A stretch of 64,000 nt of DNA from an uncultured Alphaproteobacteria bacterium (GTDB lineage: Bacteria > Pseudomonadota > Alphaproteobacteria > Methylaequorales > Methylaequoraceae), in contig CACMJG010000001.1 in the NCBI GenBank assembly GCA_902613995.1, forward strand, positions 19,751 through 83,750. The letters are read 5' to 3'. The notes below the pieces were generated by a model. That model did no database searches, was not told where the DNA came from, and saw only the letters and a program-made list of their open reading frames with translations. A program made the position numbers and the translations under genes. Positions 1 to 7,189 of this stretch are shown piece after piece; position 1 is the first letter of the stretch; every line of letters begins with the position of its first letter.

Positions 1-444
1 TCTATTAGTTATTTTTGCTAGTGTTTTTGTTTTAGCTATTCCTATACTAACTGGAATTCCAGTCCATTTTAATATTTTATTAGCAAGATCAATACACTTA
101 TCTTCTCTATTTTGGATTTTTTTCAAATTAAAGAATGCCTCGTCTATTGAATAAACTTCAACCTCTGAGAGATCTTCTTTTAAAATATTCATAATTCTAT
201 TTGAAATATCTCCATAGAACGAATAATTAGAAGATCGTACTATTACTTTATTATTTAATAAGGTACTTCTAATTTTAAAAAATGGTTCTCCCATTTTTAT
301 TCCAATTTCTTTAGCTTCATCAGAACGAGAAATAATACAACCATCATTATTTGAAAGAACTACAACAGGTTTTCCAATTAGTCTTGGATTAAATAGTCTT
401 TCACAAGACACATAGAAGTTATTGCAATCTAATAAAGCTATCAT
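1..444 (-). CDS. umuC: Y-family translesion DNA polymerase UmuC, N-terminal 148 codons (gene runs off the left edge of the window)
   Basis: Absent from the ORF track because it is truncated. My translation of the reverse strand from the ATG at 444-442 gives MIALLDCNNFYVSCERLFNPRLIGKPVVVLSNNDGCIISRSDEAKEIGIKMGEPFF...YSIDEAFF...IGIAKTKTLAKI. This is collinear with the E. coli UmuC N-terminus (VVVLSNNDGC, SIDEAF and KTLAK motifs). It starts 4 nt after the umuD stop. Confidence 0.9.
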   Translation of the reverse strand, partial: MIALLDCNNFYVSCERLFNPRLIGKPVVVLSNNDGCIISRSDEAKEIGIKMGEPFFKIRSTLLNNKVIVRSSNYSFYGDISNRIMNILKEDLSEVEVYSIDEAFFNLKKIQNREDKCIDLANKILKWTGIPVSIGIAKTKTLAKITNR

Positions 445-448
445 AATT

Positions 449-853
449 TTAACTTAAACTGTGTATCACATAAGTAACAACGCCCCATATAACAGTATCT
501 CTGTTTGAATTTAACTTTATATTTGGATAATTACTATTTTCAGATTTTAAGTAATAGTTTTTTGATTGATCTTTCATCAGCTTTTTTATTACTAACTCTC
601 CATCTATCGACACTATAACTATTGATTGTCTTTTGGGGTCTAGTGATCTATCTACAATCAATATGTCATTATCAAAGATACCTACATTAATCATAGAGTC
701 ACCAGATACTCTTACAAAGAAAGAAGATTCTTTGTTTTTAATTAAATAACTATTTAAATTTAATTTTTCCTCAACATAATTTTCTGCGGGCGAAGGAAAA
801 CCTGCTGACGCACTAATCAATTTTACTTTGTTTTTCACTAAATTTTTCCTCAT
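449..853 (-). CDS. umuD: UmuD-like S24 (LexA-type) self-cleaving peptidase, SOS mutagenesis accessory protein
   Basis: 134 aa. LISASA|GFPSPAENY aligns with the E. coli UmuD cleavage region (C|GFPSPA). Catalytic Ser is in GDSM, with a downstream Lys (VIKKL). It lies directly upstream of umuC and directly downstream of an SOS box. Confidence 0.85.
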   Translation of the reverse strand: MRKNLVKNKVKLISASAGFPSPAENYVEEKLNLNSYLIKNKESSFFVRVSGDSMINVGIFDNDILIVDRSLDPKRQSIVIVSIDGELVIKKLMKDQSKNYYLKSENSNYPNIKLNSNRDTVIWGVVTYVIHSLS

Positions 854-858
854 ATTTC

Positions 859-886
859 ATTATAAGAACAAAAGTAGAACTTTCAA
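859..886 (-). promoter_or_regulatory. Candidate sigma-70 promoter of umuDC: -35 TTGAAA, 16-nt spacer, perfect -10 TATAAT, only 5 nt before the ATG (probable leaderless mRNA)
   Basis: The minus strand reads C-TTGAAA-GTTCTACTTTTGTTCT-TATAAT-GAAAT-ATG. The promoter fills the 34-bp spacer between the ligase stop (888) and the umuD ATG (853). No Shine-Dalgarno sequence is present. Confidence 0.6.
866..880 (-). promoter_or_regulatory. Alphaproteobacterial-type LexA operator (SOS box), GTTC-N7-GTTC on the transcribed strand
   Basis: The plus strand reads GAACaaaagtaGAAC (866-880). It occupies the spacer between the -35 and -10 of the umuD promoter. It is one of only two exact GAAC-N7-GAAC or GTTC-N7-GTTC direct repeats I found by eye in 64 kb; the other sits in front of lexA. 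Confidence 0.75.
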
Positions 887-887
887 G

Positions 888-2480
888 TTAATTAATTAAG
901 TCTTTTATGTATTTTAATGAACAAACCTGAGATATTGGTTTATCCCAACGAATTCTTGAAAATCTAGGAAACCTCAAAGCCACCCCTGATTTGTGTCTTG
1001 AGGAATAATTAATATTGTCAAAGGATACTTCAACTACTAATCCAGGCTTTAAGGACCTAACAGGACCAAATCTTTCAACTGTGTTGTTTCTAACCCAACG
1101 ATCTAAACTTTTGAGCTCATCGTTTGTATACCCTGAATATGCTTTTCCAACTGGAACAAGTTTGGTAAATTGTTCGTCAACCCAGCAACCAAAAGTAAAA
1201 TCTGAGTAAAATGAAGATCTTTTACCGTGACCACGCTGTGCATACATAATAATAAAATCAACAGAAAAAGGATTTCTTTTCCATTTATACCAACCGTCAA
1301 CAACTCTACCTTTTTTATATAGGCTAGTCTTTTTTTTAATTATCACACCTTCAATATGGTTATTAAGGGAAGTTTCTTTGATATTTTGTAATTGATCCCA
1401 ACTTGAAAATTTAATTAAGGATGATGTCGAAATATTACTAAATTTACAAATATTAATAAATCTATTGAGATATTTTTTTCTTTCAATTAAAGATAACGCT
1501 CTACAATCAACACTAGTATAAAAAAGTATATCATATGCAATAAAATGAATTGGATAATCTTCAATAAGTTTTTTAGAAGGATTTTTCCTACCAATTCTTT
1601 TTTGAAGATGATTAAAGGATAAAACTTTGTTATTTTTTTTTACAACTATTTCTCCATCAATAACAAAATAACCTTTAATAAATGTGTTGATATCACAGAA
1701 TGAATTAGTAATGTCTTCTCCACTCCTTGAGAAAATTTTCCCATCTTCTGAAAATATTATTTGGGCTCGAATACCGTCCCATTTAAATTCTGCAATATAG
1801 TCATCTGTTTTATAACTTTTAAATTCATTAGAATTGTAATTATTTGCTAACATAAAAGAATTAAATAACTTTTTTCTATTGATGTATTTTGGAAGCTTTT
1901 TTCCGTCCAACCATTCAAATAAGTCAGTACATGGTAATTTAAAACCGTGCCAGAACTCTTCTATTTCAGATTTCTCTCTAACACCAGACAATTTTAACGC
2001 TTCTTTAATCAATCCATTTGAAACACCTACTCTTAAACCTCCGGTTAAAATTTTAATAATGGTATATCTTTGATTTTCAGATGACCGATCTAGAAAATAT
2101 TTAAGTTTAGTCTTAAGCTTATTTTTGTGATCAAAATTTGAGAAAATTTCCATGAATTCATGAAGATTTATTTTTGTATTCTTTTTATTGTTACTTTCCC
2201 ATAGCAAGGAAATCGTTTCAGCAAGATCACCTACATAGTCATAGGAAAATCTAAATAAATCTTCATCAGAATTTTCAATGATCAATTCTTTTAATTCTTT
2301 AATACTTACAAATTTTCTGTCCATTCGATTTGTTAAAATGCAAAAAGCCCAACCTTTGTCTTTAAGATTTGACTTGCAAAAAAAAATTTTTAACAAGTCT
2401 ATTTTTTTTTTTCTAGATGGACTCAAGATTAAGTCATTCAGTAATTCTGCAAAGTCATTCATTCTCGTCTTCGAATCCAA
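888..2480 (-). CDS. ATP-dependent DNA ligase of the ligase-associated DNA damage response cluster
   Basis: 530 aa. Adenylation motif I KxDG is present (EFKWDGIRAQ), with a C-terminal OB-fold-like region (GVALRFPRFSRIRWDK). It is adjacent to the exonuclease, helicase and PdeM partners. An alternative start is Met7 (2462). It overlaps the upstream exonuclease gene by 8-26 nt. Confidence 0.9.
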   Translation of the reverse strand: MDSKTRMNDFAELLNDLILSPSRKKKIDLLKIFFCKSNLKDKGWAFCILTNRMDRKFVSIKELKELIIENSDEDLFRFSYDYVGDLAETISLLWESNNKKNTKINLHEFMEIFSNFDHKNKLKTKLKYFLDRSSENQRYTIIKILTGGLRVGVSNGLIKEALKLSGVREKSEIEEFWHGFKLPCTDLFEWLDGKKLPKYINRKKLFNSFMLANNYNSNEFKSYKTDDYIAEFKWDGIRAQIIFSEDGKIFSRSGEDITNSFCDINTFIKGYFVIDGEIVVKKNNKVLSFNHLQKRIGRKNPSKKLIEDYPIHFIAYDILFYTSVDCRALSLIERKKYLNRFINICKFSNISTSSLIKFSSWDQLQNIKETSLNNHIEGVIIKKKTSLYKKGRVVDGWYKWKRNPFSVDFIIMYAQRGHGKRSSFYSDFTFGCWVDEQFTKLVPVGKAYSGYTNDELKSLDRWVRNNTVERFGPVRSLKPGLVVEVSFDNINYSSRHKSGVALRFPRFSRIRWDKPISQVCSLKYIKDLIN

Positions 2481-3465
2481 TTAAATTTAAAGCACTACTT
2501 TTAAAATTTCTTTTTGTTAAATAATGAACTAAAGCTTCTTCTCTTCCATGAGTCACTAATACTTCATTGGGATTAACGTCATTTACTGTTTTTAAGATTT
2601 CACCCCAATCAGCATGATCAGATAATATTAATGGAAGTTCTATATTTTTTTGCTTAACTCTTTGTCGTATTCTCATCCATCCGGAAGCATAACCTTTTAC
2701 GACATTTTTAAATTTTTGCGACCATTTATCGTTTAATGAAGAAGGAGGACAAAGAACTAACTTATTGGCGTATTCAGATCTTGAACATTCAGAGATATTA
2801 GAAATGTTCCCTAATTTAATATTATTCTTTGAATAAAAGTCTGATATTTTTGTTAAAGCACCATGTAAATAGATTGTCTCATCGTAACCAAGATTCCTCA
2901 ATAAAGTTATTAGTCTTTGGCATTTACCTAAAGCATATACTCCAATTAGATGAGTTTTATTTACGTTAGCTTTAATTGATTTAATTAATTTTTTAACCTC
3001 ACTTTCATCATTTGGATGATTAAAAATTGGAAGTCCAAAAGTCGCTTCTGTAATAAATGTATCACATTCTACAGGTTCATAGCTTAAACAAGTTTTATCT
3101 TTTGCTCTTTTATAATCCCCGCTAATCAAAAGTCTATAACCTTTATAATCTATCAAAAACTGAATACTACCAAGAATATGACCAGCTGGAAGAATTTGAA
3201 CAGTTACATCGTTAATTTTAATTTTCTCATCAAAACGTGCAATTTGAAAGTCTGAACAATAACTTTCTCCATACCTTAAATGCATTAATTCTATAGTTTC
3301 TTTAGAGGAAAAAATGGATTTATTATTTGGTCTTGCGTGGTCAGTATGAGCATGAGTAATTAATGCTTTCTCAACAGGAAAAACAGGATCAATGAAAAAA
3401 TTTCCCGGAACACAATAAAGGCCTTCTCTTTTTTTTTTTAACCAATTAATATTTGTTTTTCTCAT
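2455..3465 (-). CDS. Ligase-associated DNA damage response exonuclease (metallo-beta-lactamase / beta-CASP-like fold)
   Basis: 336 aa. MBL signature HAHTDHA is present, followed by later His/Asp motifs (SDHADW, THG). It is the first gene of the exo-ligase pair, divergent from the helicase. Confidence 0.8.
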   Translation of the reverse strand: MRKTNINWLKKKREGLYCVPGNFFIDPVFPVEKALITHAHTDHARPNNKSIFSSKETIELMHLRYGESYCSDFQIARFDEKIKINDVTVQILPAGHILGSIQFLIDYKGYRLLISGDYKRAKDKTCLSYEPVECDTFITEATFGLPIFNHPNDESEVKKLIKSIKANVNKTHLIGVYALGKCQRLITLLRNLGYDETIYLHGALTKISDFYSKNNIKLGNISNISECSRSEYANKLVLCPPSSLNDKWSQKFKNVVKGYASGWMRIRQRVKQKNIELPLILSDHADWGEILKTVNDVNPNEVLVTHGREEALVHYLTKRNFKSSALNLIGFEDENE

Positions 3466-3470
3466 ACCAT

Positions 3471-3476
3471 ATTATA
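3471..3476 (-). promoter_or_regulatory. Perfect TATAAT -10 hexamer 5 nt upstream of the exonuclease ATG (candidate leaderless promoter of the exo-ligase operon)
   Basis: The minus strand reads ...AAC-TATAAT-ATGGT-ATG(3465). This is the same hexamer and the same 5-nt offset as at umuD. The -35 region (TATTCA) is poor, and the background is AT-rich. Confidence 0.35.
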
Positions 3477-3492
3477 GTTATTACTTTATTAG

Positions 3493-5814
3493 ATGAATAA
3501 AATTAATTTACCAGATAAGTTTAATTTCTTTTTAAAAAAAAGATGTTGGTCTTTATTTAATTACCAAAAAGATTTTATAGAAGAAGTTCAAAATAATGTT
3601 TTTAAAAGATATCTTATATCCTCTGATACAGGGACCGGAAAAACAATTACATTATTTCTTCCTTTACTAATTGATCAACTCGAAAAAAAAAAATCTAGAA
3701 TAATTTATATTTCTCCACTTAAGTCAATAATTTCAGATTTGTTTGAAAATTTAAACAAAATTGTCTCAGATTTGAACATTAAAATAAGAGTTGGCAAACG
3801 AACTGGGGATGATTCTTATATTTATAAAAAAAAACAAATTGAAAAACCTGAGGAAATTCTTCTTACAACACCTGAATCACTTGCATTAATGCTTACAAGA
3901 AAAGAAATTGATCAAATTTTTCAAAACACGACATACCTTGCAATAGACGAATTAAACGAAATAATAAATACTAAGCGTGGAGATCAACTTGCTTTAGCTA
4001 TTTCTCAAATAGTCAATGTTAATAAAAAAATAAGAATTTTTGCGTCCTCAACAAATATTCAAAATTTTAAATACCTATCGAATTGGGTTTCATTTAAAAA
4101 AAAAACAAAGATTATTACCAATAAATTCTTAAAGAAAATAAAAGTAGATATACTTGTTTTAAAGAATATGCCAGACTATGGACATTCTGTAGATCATGCC
4201 TTAGGTGAAATTTACGATATTATAAAAAATAAAAAAACAATAATTTTCGTAAATACAAGAGCTCAATGCGAAATACTTTATAAAAATCTATTCTTAGCTT
4301 ATCCAGATTTAAAAATAGGAATTTATCATGGTTCACTTTCTAAAAATATAAGAATGGAAACCGAAAAGAAATTTAAAGTCAGTGATATTAACTGTGTTGT
4401 TAGTACTTCATCATTAGAAATGGGCATAGATTGGAAAAATATAGATAAAATAATAAATATCGGTGCACCAAAAAGCGTTAATAAAATAATACAAAGAACA
4501 GGGAGATCGAATCACCAATATAACTCAATTTCTGAGTCATTATTAATTCCAACTAACAAATTTGAATATTTAGAGTGTGTGGCACTAAAACAATTAATTT
4601 TTTCCAAGACATATGACCGTATCTTAGAGAAAAACGGAGCAAAGGATGTTCTATGTCAACACCTACTCTTAATATCTTGTCATTCAAGTTTTTCAAAAGA
4701 TAAAGTTTTTGAAATAGTTAAGAGTACATTTCCTTATAAAAATTTATCTAAAAAGAATTTTCATGAAATTTTGTCATTTGTTCATCATGGTGGCTACGCT
4801 CTTCAAAATTGCAAAGATATTAAAAAACTAAAGAAACTTAATAATGGTAAATTTGTAATTAAGGACGAACATAGTAAGAGAAATATTCTTATGAATGCAG
4901 GAACTATTATTGATTCCAGCAACATAAAAATAAAAACATTAAAAGGCCAAGTTCTTGGGACAGTCGAGGAATCATTTTTAAATTCGATTAAAGAAAAAGA
5001 TACTTTTATTTTTGCAGGTTTAACTTTAGTGTGTTTAAAAATTAAAAATGATGAGATAATAGTTATTTCAAAAACAAAAAAATCGAAAAAAGTCCCTGTT
5101 TACTGGGGGGGAAGCATGCCATTAAAATCCAATTTGTCTGAAGAAATTTTAAGAATTCTTCAAGATAAACAATTCTCTAAATTTCCCAATGAAATTAGAA
5201 AGTTTTTACTTAAACAAAAAGAAATGTCTGAAATTCCAACAAAAAATAAAATTTTAATTGAAAAATTTCCTTATCAATCTGGAGAATATATTTTCTTCCA
5301 TACATTTTTAGGGAGAGAAACAAACCAAACTTTAACAAACTTTTTAATAGATTATTTGAATGAAAAAAAGATTTTTACGATTAATTATATATTAAATGAT
5401 TATTCCTTTGGTTTGTTTTTTAATGGAAAAATAAATATTCAAAAAAAAGATTTGATTTTTTTTTTTAAAAAAGAATTTAATAATGTTAATTTTTTAAACA
5501 CTGCATTAGCTAAAAGAATTTTTAAAGAAATTGCTTTGATTAGCGGTTTAGTGCTGAAAAATAATATTTATACCAAAACTAGAAATAACTTCATCAATTG
5601 TGATTTAATATTTGATACTTTGATGAAATATGAACCAAATCACATAATCCTAAAAATAACTGCTGAGGAAATTAATAATTATTTTATACAATCAAGTCAG
5701 ATGTATAAGATTAAAAACTTGAAATTCTTTTTTAAAAATCTCTCTGAAGTGTCTGAATTTTCAAAATCATTAATAATGGAAAAAGAAAAAACTAAAGCGA
5801 ATGAAATTTTATAA
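3493..5814 (+). CDS. Ligase-associated DNA damage response helicase (Lhr-core-like superfamily 2 DExH family)
   Basis: 773 aa. Motif I SDTGTGKT, motif II AIDELNE (DELN instead of DExH), motif III SST, motif VI QRTGRSNH. It is divergent from exo-ligase and is followed by pdeM with a TAATG overlap. Confidence 0.85.
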   Translation: MNKINLPDKFNFFLKKRCWSLFNYQKDFIEEVQNNVFKRYLISSDTGTGKTITLFLPLLIDQLEKKKSRIIYISPLKSIISDLFENLNKIVSDLNIKIRVGKRTGDDSYIYKKKQIEKPEEILLTTPESLALMLTRKEIDQIFQNTTYLAIDELNEIINTKRGDQLALAISQIVNVNKKIRIFASSTNIQNFKYLSNWVSFKKKTKIITNKFLKKIKVDILVLKNMPDYGHSVDHALGEIYDIIKNKKTIIFVNTRAQCEILYKNLFLAYPDLKIGIYHGSLSKNIRMETEKKFKVSDINCVVSTSSLEMGIDWKNIDKIINIGAPKSVNKIIQRTGRSNHQYNSISESLLIPTNKFEYLECVALKQLIFSKTYDRILEKNGAKDVLCQHLLLISCHSSFSKDKVFEIVKSTFPYKNLSKKNFHEILSFVHHGGYALQNCKDIKKLKKLNNGKFVIKDEHSKRNILMNAGTIIDSSNIKIKTLKGQVLGTVEESFLNSIKEKDTFIFAGLTLVCLKIKNDEIIVISKTKKSKKVPVYWGGSMPLKSNLSEEILRILQDKQFSKFPNEIRKFLLKQKEMSEIPTKNKILIEKFPYQSGEYIFFHTFLGRETNQTLTNFLIDYLNEKKIFTINYILNDYSFGLFFNGKINIQKKDLIFFFKKEFNNVNFLNTALAKRIFKEIALISGLVLKNNIYTKTRNNFINCDLIFDTLMKYEPNHIILKITAEEINNYFIQSSQMYKIKNLKFFFKNLSEVSEFSKSLIMEKEKTKANEIL

Positions 5815-6494
5815 TGCAAAATAATTTAAAAAAAAAAATTTTAAATTATGATATTTATTTTGACAAAACTGGTGTTCTATTCATCGAGCAAACTAAAACG
5901 ATAGTTTTGGCTGATCTTCATTTTGGCAAAGCTAAATCTTTTAATATAAGCGGATTCCAAATTCCACCATATGATATTCAAGAGACTTTGTATAAACTAA
6001 AGAAAGTTATTGAAATTTATAAACCAAGCAGAATTATAACTTTGGGTGATAATTTTCATGATAAATTTTCAATTTTAAATATGAATAACCAAGAAATAAT
6101 AGAGTTAAAAAAAATTACTAAAACTGTTGATTTTAAATGGGTTACAGGAAATCACGATAAAAAACTTTTTAGTAAAGACAGGATTGGAGGCAAATTTTTT
6201 AATAGTTTTCAGGACAATGACTTAAGCTTTAAGCACATTAAAAGCAAAAATAATTCAAAGGATTTTTTTGAATTTTCTGGACATTTTCATCCCAAAACAG
6301 TTATAAAAATTAATAACTCTTCATACTCATACAAGTGTTTTGTAGTTTCAAGAGATTTTTGTATTCTACCCTCTTTCGGTCATTTCACTGGGGGAATAGA
6401 TGTTAAATCGAAAGTTTTTTCTGATATTATCGATAGAAATACCTTTTTAATAATACTTGGTAAAACCAAAATAGCACAACAGAAAGTTATATAA
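5814..6494 (+). CDS. pdeM: Ligase-associated DNA damage response metallophosphoesterase (PdeM/MPE)
   Basis: 226 aa. Calcineurin-like metallophosphoesterase motifs are present: ADLHFGK, GDNFHD, GNHD, GHFHP. There is a 1-nt start/stop overlap with the helicase. Confidence 0.8.
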   Translation: MQNNLKKKILNYDIYFDKTGVLFIEQTKTIVLADLHFGKAKSFNISGFQIPPYDIQETLYKLKKVIEIYKPSRIITLGDNFHDKFSILNMNNQEIIELKKITKTVDFKWVTGNHDKKLFSKDRIGGKFFNSFQDNDLSFKHIKSKNNSKDFFEFSGHFHPKTVIKINNSSYSYKCFVVSRDFCILPSFGHFTGGIDVKSKVFSDIIDRNTFLIILGKTKIAQQKVI

Positions 6495-7189
6495 TGATAC
6501 CTTTAAAAGACGACAATCCAACAAGAAATAAAACACATATAAGGTCTCTAATATTAATTTTATGTTCAATAGTATTTTTTATTCAATTGTCTTTAGAAAA
6601 TTCAAATTATTTTACCTATTATTTTGGTTTTAAGCCAAAATCTTTCTTTTTAGGTTCAGATTTGCCTTTTCTTTTACCTACATTTACCCTAATTACCTCT
6701 ATTTTTATGCATGGTGGTTGGATGCATTTTTTAGGTAATATGCTCTATCTTTGGATTTTTGCAGATAATGTTGAAGATCAAATGGGGTCCAAAAAATTTA
6801 TATTGTTTTATATCTTATCCGGTGTTGTTGCTTCTATAAGTCATGGATTATTGGACATAAACTCGAATATTCCATTAATAGGAGCTTCCGGAGCAATTGC
6901 AGGAGTTCTCGGTGCTTATCTTCATTTATTTCCAAAAGCAAAGGTTCTTGTTTTAATCCCTTTTTTTATTTTTTTTACGATTAGAGTCCCAGCTTTTATA
7001 CTTTTGATTTTTTGGTTTTTATTTCAATTTCTTAATCTTGGTAATCAAGAATCCAATGTTGCATGGGTTGCTCATATTGGTGGTTTTGTATTTGGATTGC
7101 TTTATTCATATATTTTCAATAATAAAATTAAAAAAACTATCACTAAAAAAGGAAAATCAGTTTTTTTAAAAAGAGGCCCTTGGGATTAA
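6494..7189 (+). CDS. Rhomboid-family intramembrane serine protease
   Basis: 231 aa and polytopic. It has the catalytic GASGAIAG serine motif, a downstream AHIGG histidine, and HGGWMHFLGNMLYLW. The start overlaps the pdeM stop (TAATG). Confidence 0.85.
   Translation: MIPLKDDNPTRNKTHIRSLILILCSIVFFIQLSLENSNYFTYYFGFKPKSFFLGSDLPFLLPTFTLITSIFMHGGWMHFLGNMLYLWIFADNVEDQMGSKKFILFYILSGVVASISHGLLDINSNIPLIGASGAIAGVLGAYLHLFPKAKVLVLIPFFIFFTIRVPAFILLIFWFLFQFLNLGNQESNVAWVAHIGGFVFGLLYSYIFNNKIKKTITKKGKSVFLKRGPWD

Noticed and set aside
4580-4595. A TGGCAC hexamer (TGGCACtaaaaCAATT) resembling the -24 element of a sigma-54 promoter, which would be interesting given ntrC in the window.
   Set aside because: The -12 element is CAAT rather than TTGC. 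The site lies in the middle of the helicase coding sequence with no downstream gene start. Other TGGCA-containing sites I checked (about 30277 and about 31230) also lack a -12 TTGC.
1-6494. The hypothesis that the umuDC plus ligase-cluster region is a horizontally acquired genomic island or mobile element.
   Set aside because: No integrase, transposase, flanking tRNA or direct repeats are visible. Base composition and codon style look the same as in the rest of the window. The left boundary lies outside the window, so this cannot be evaluated further.
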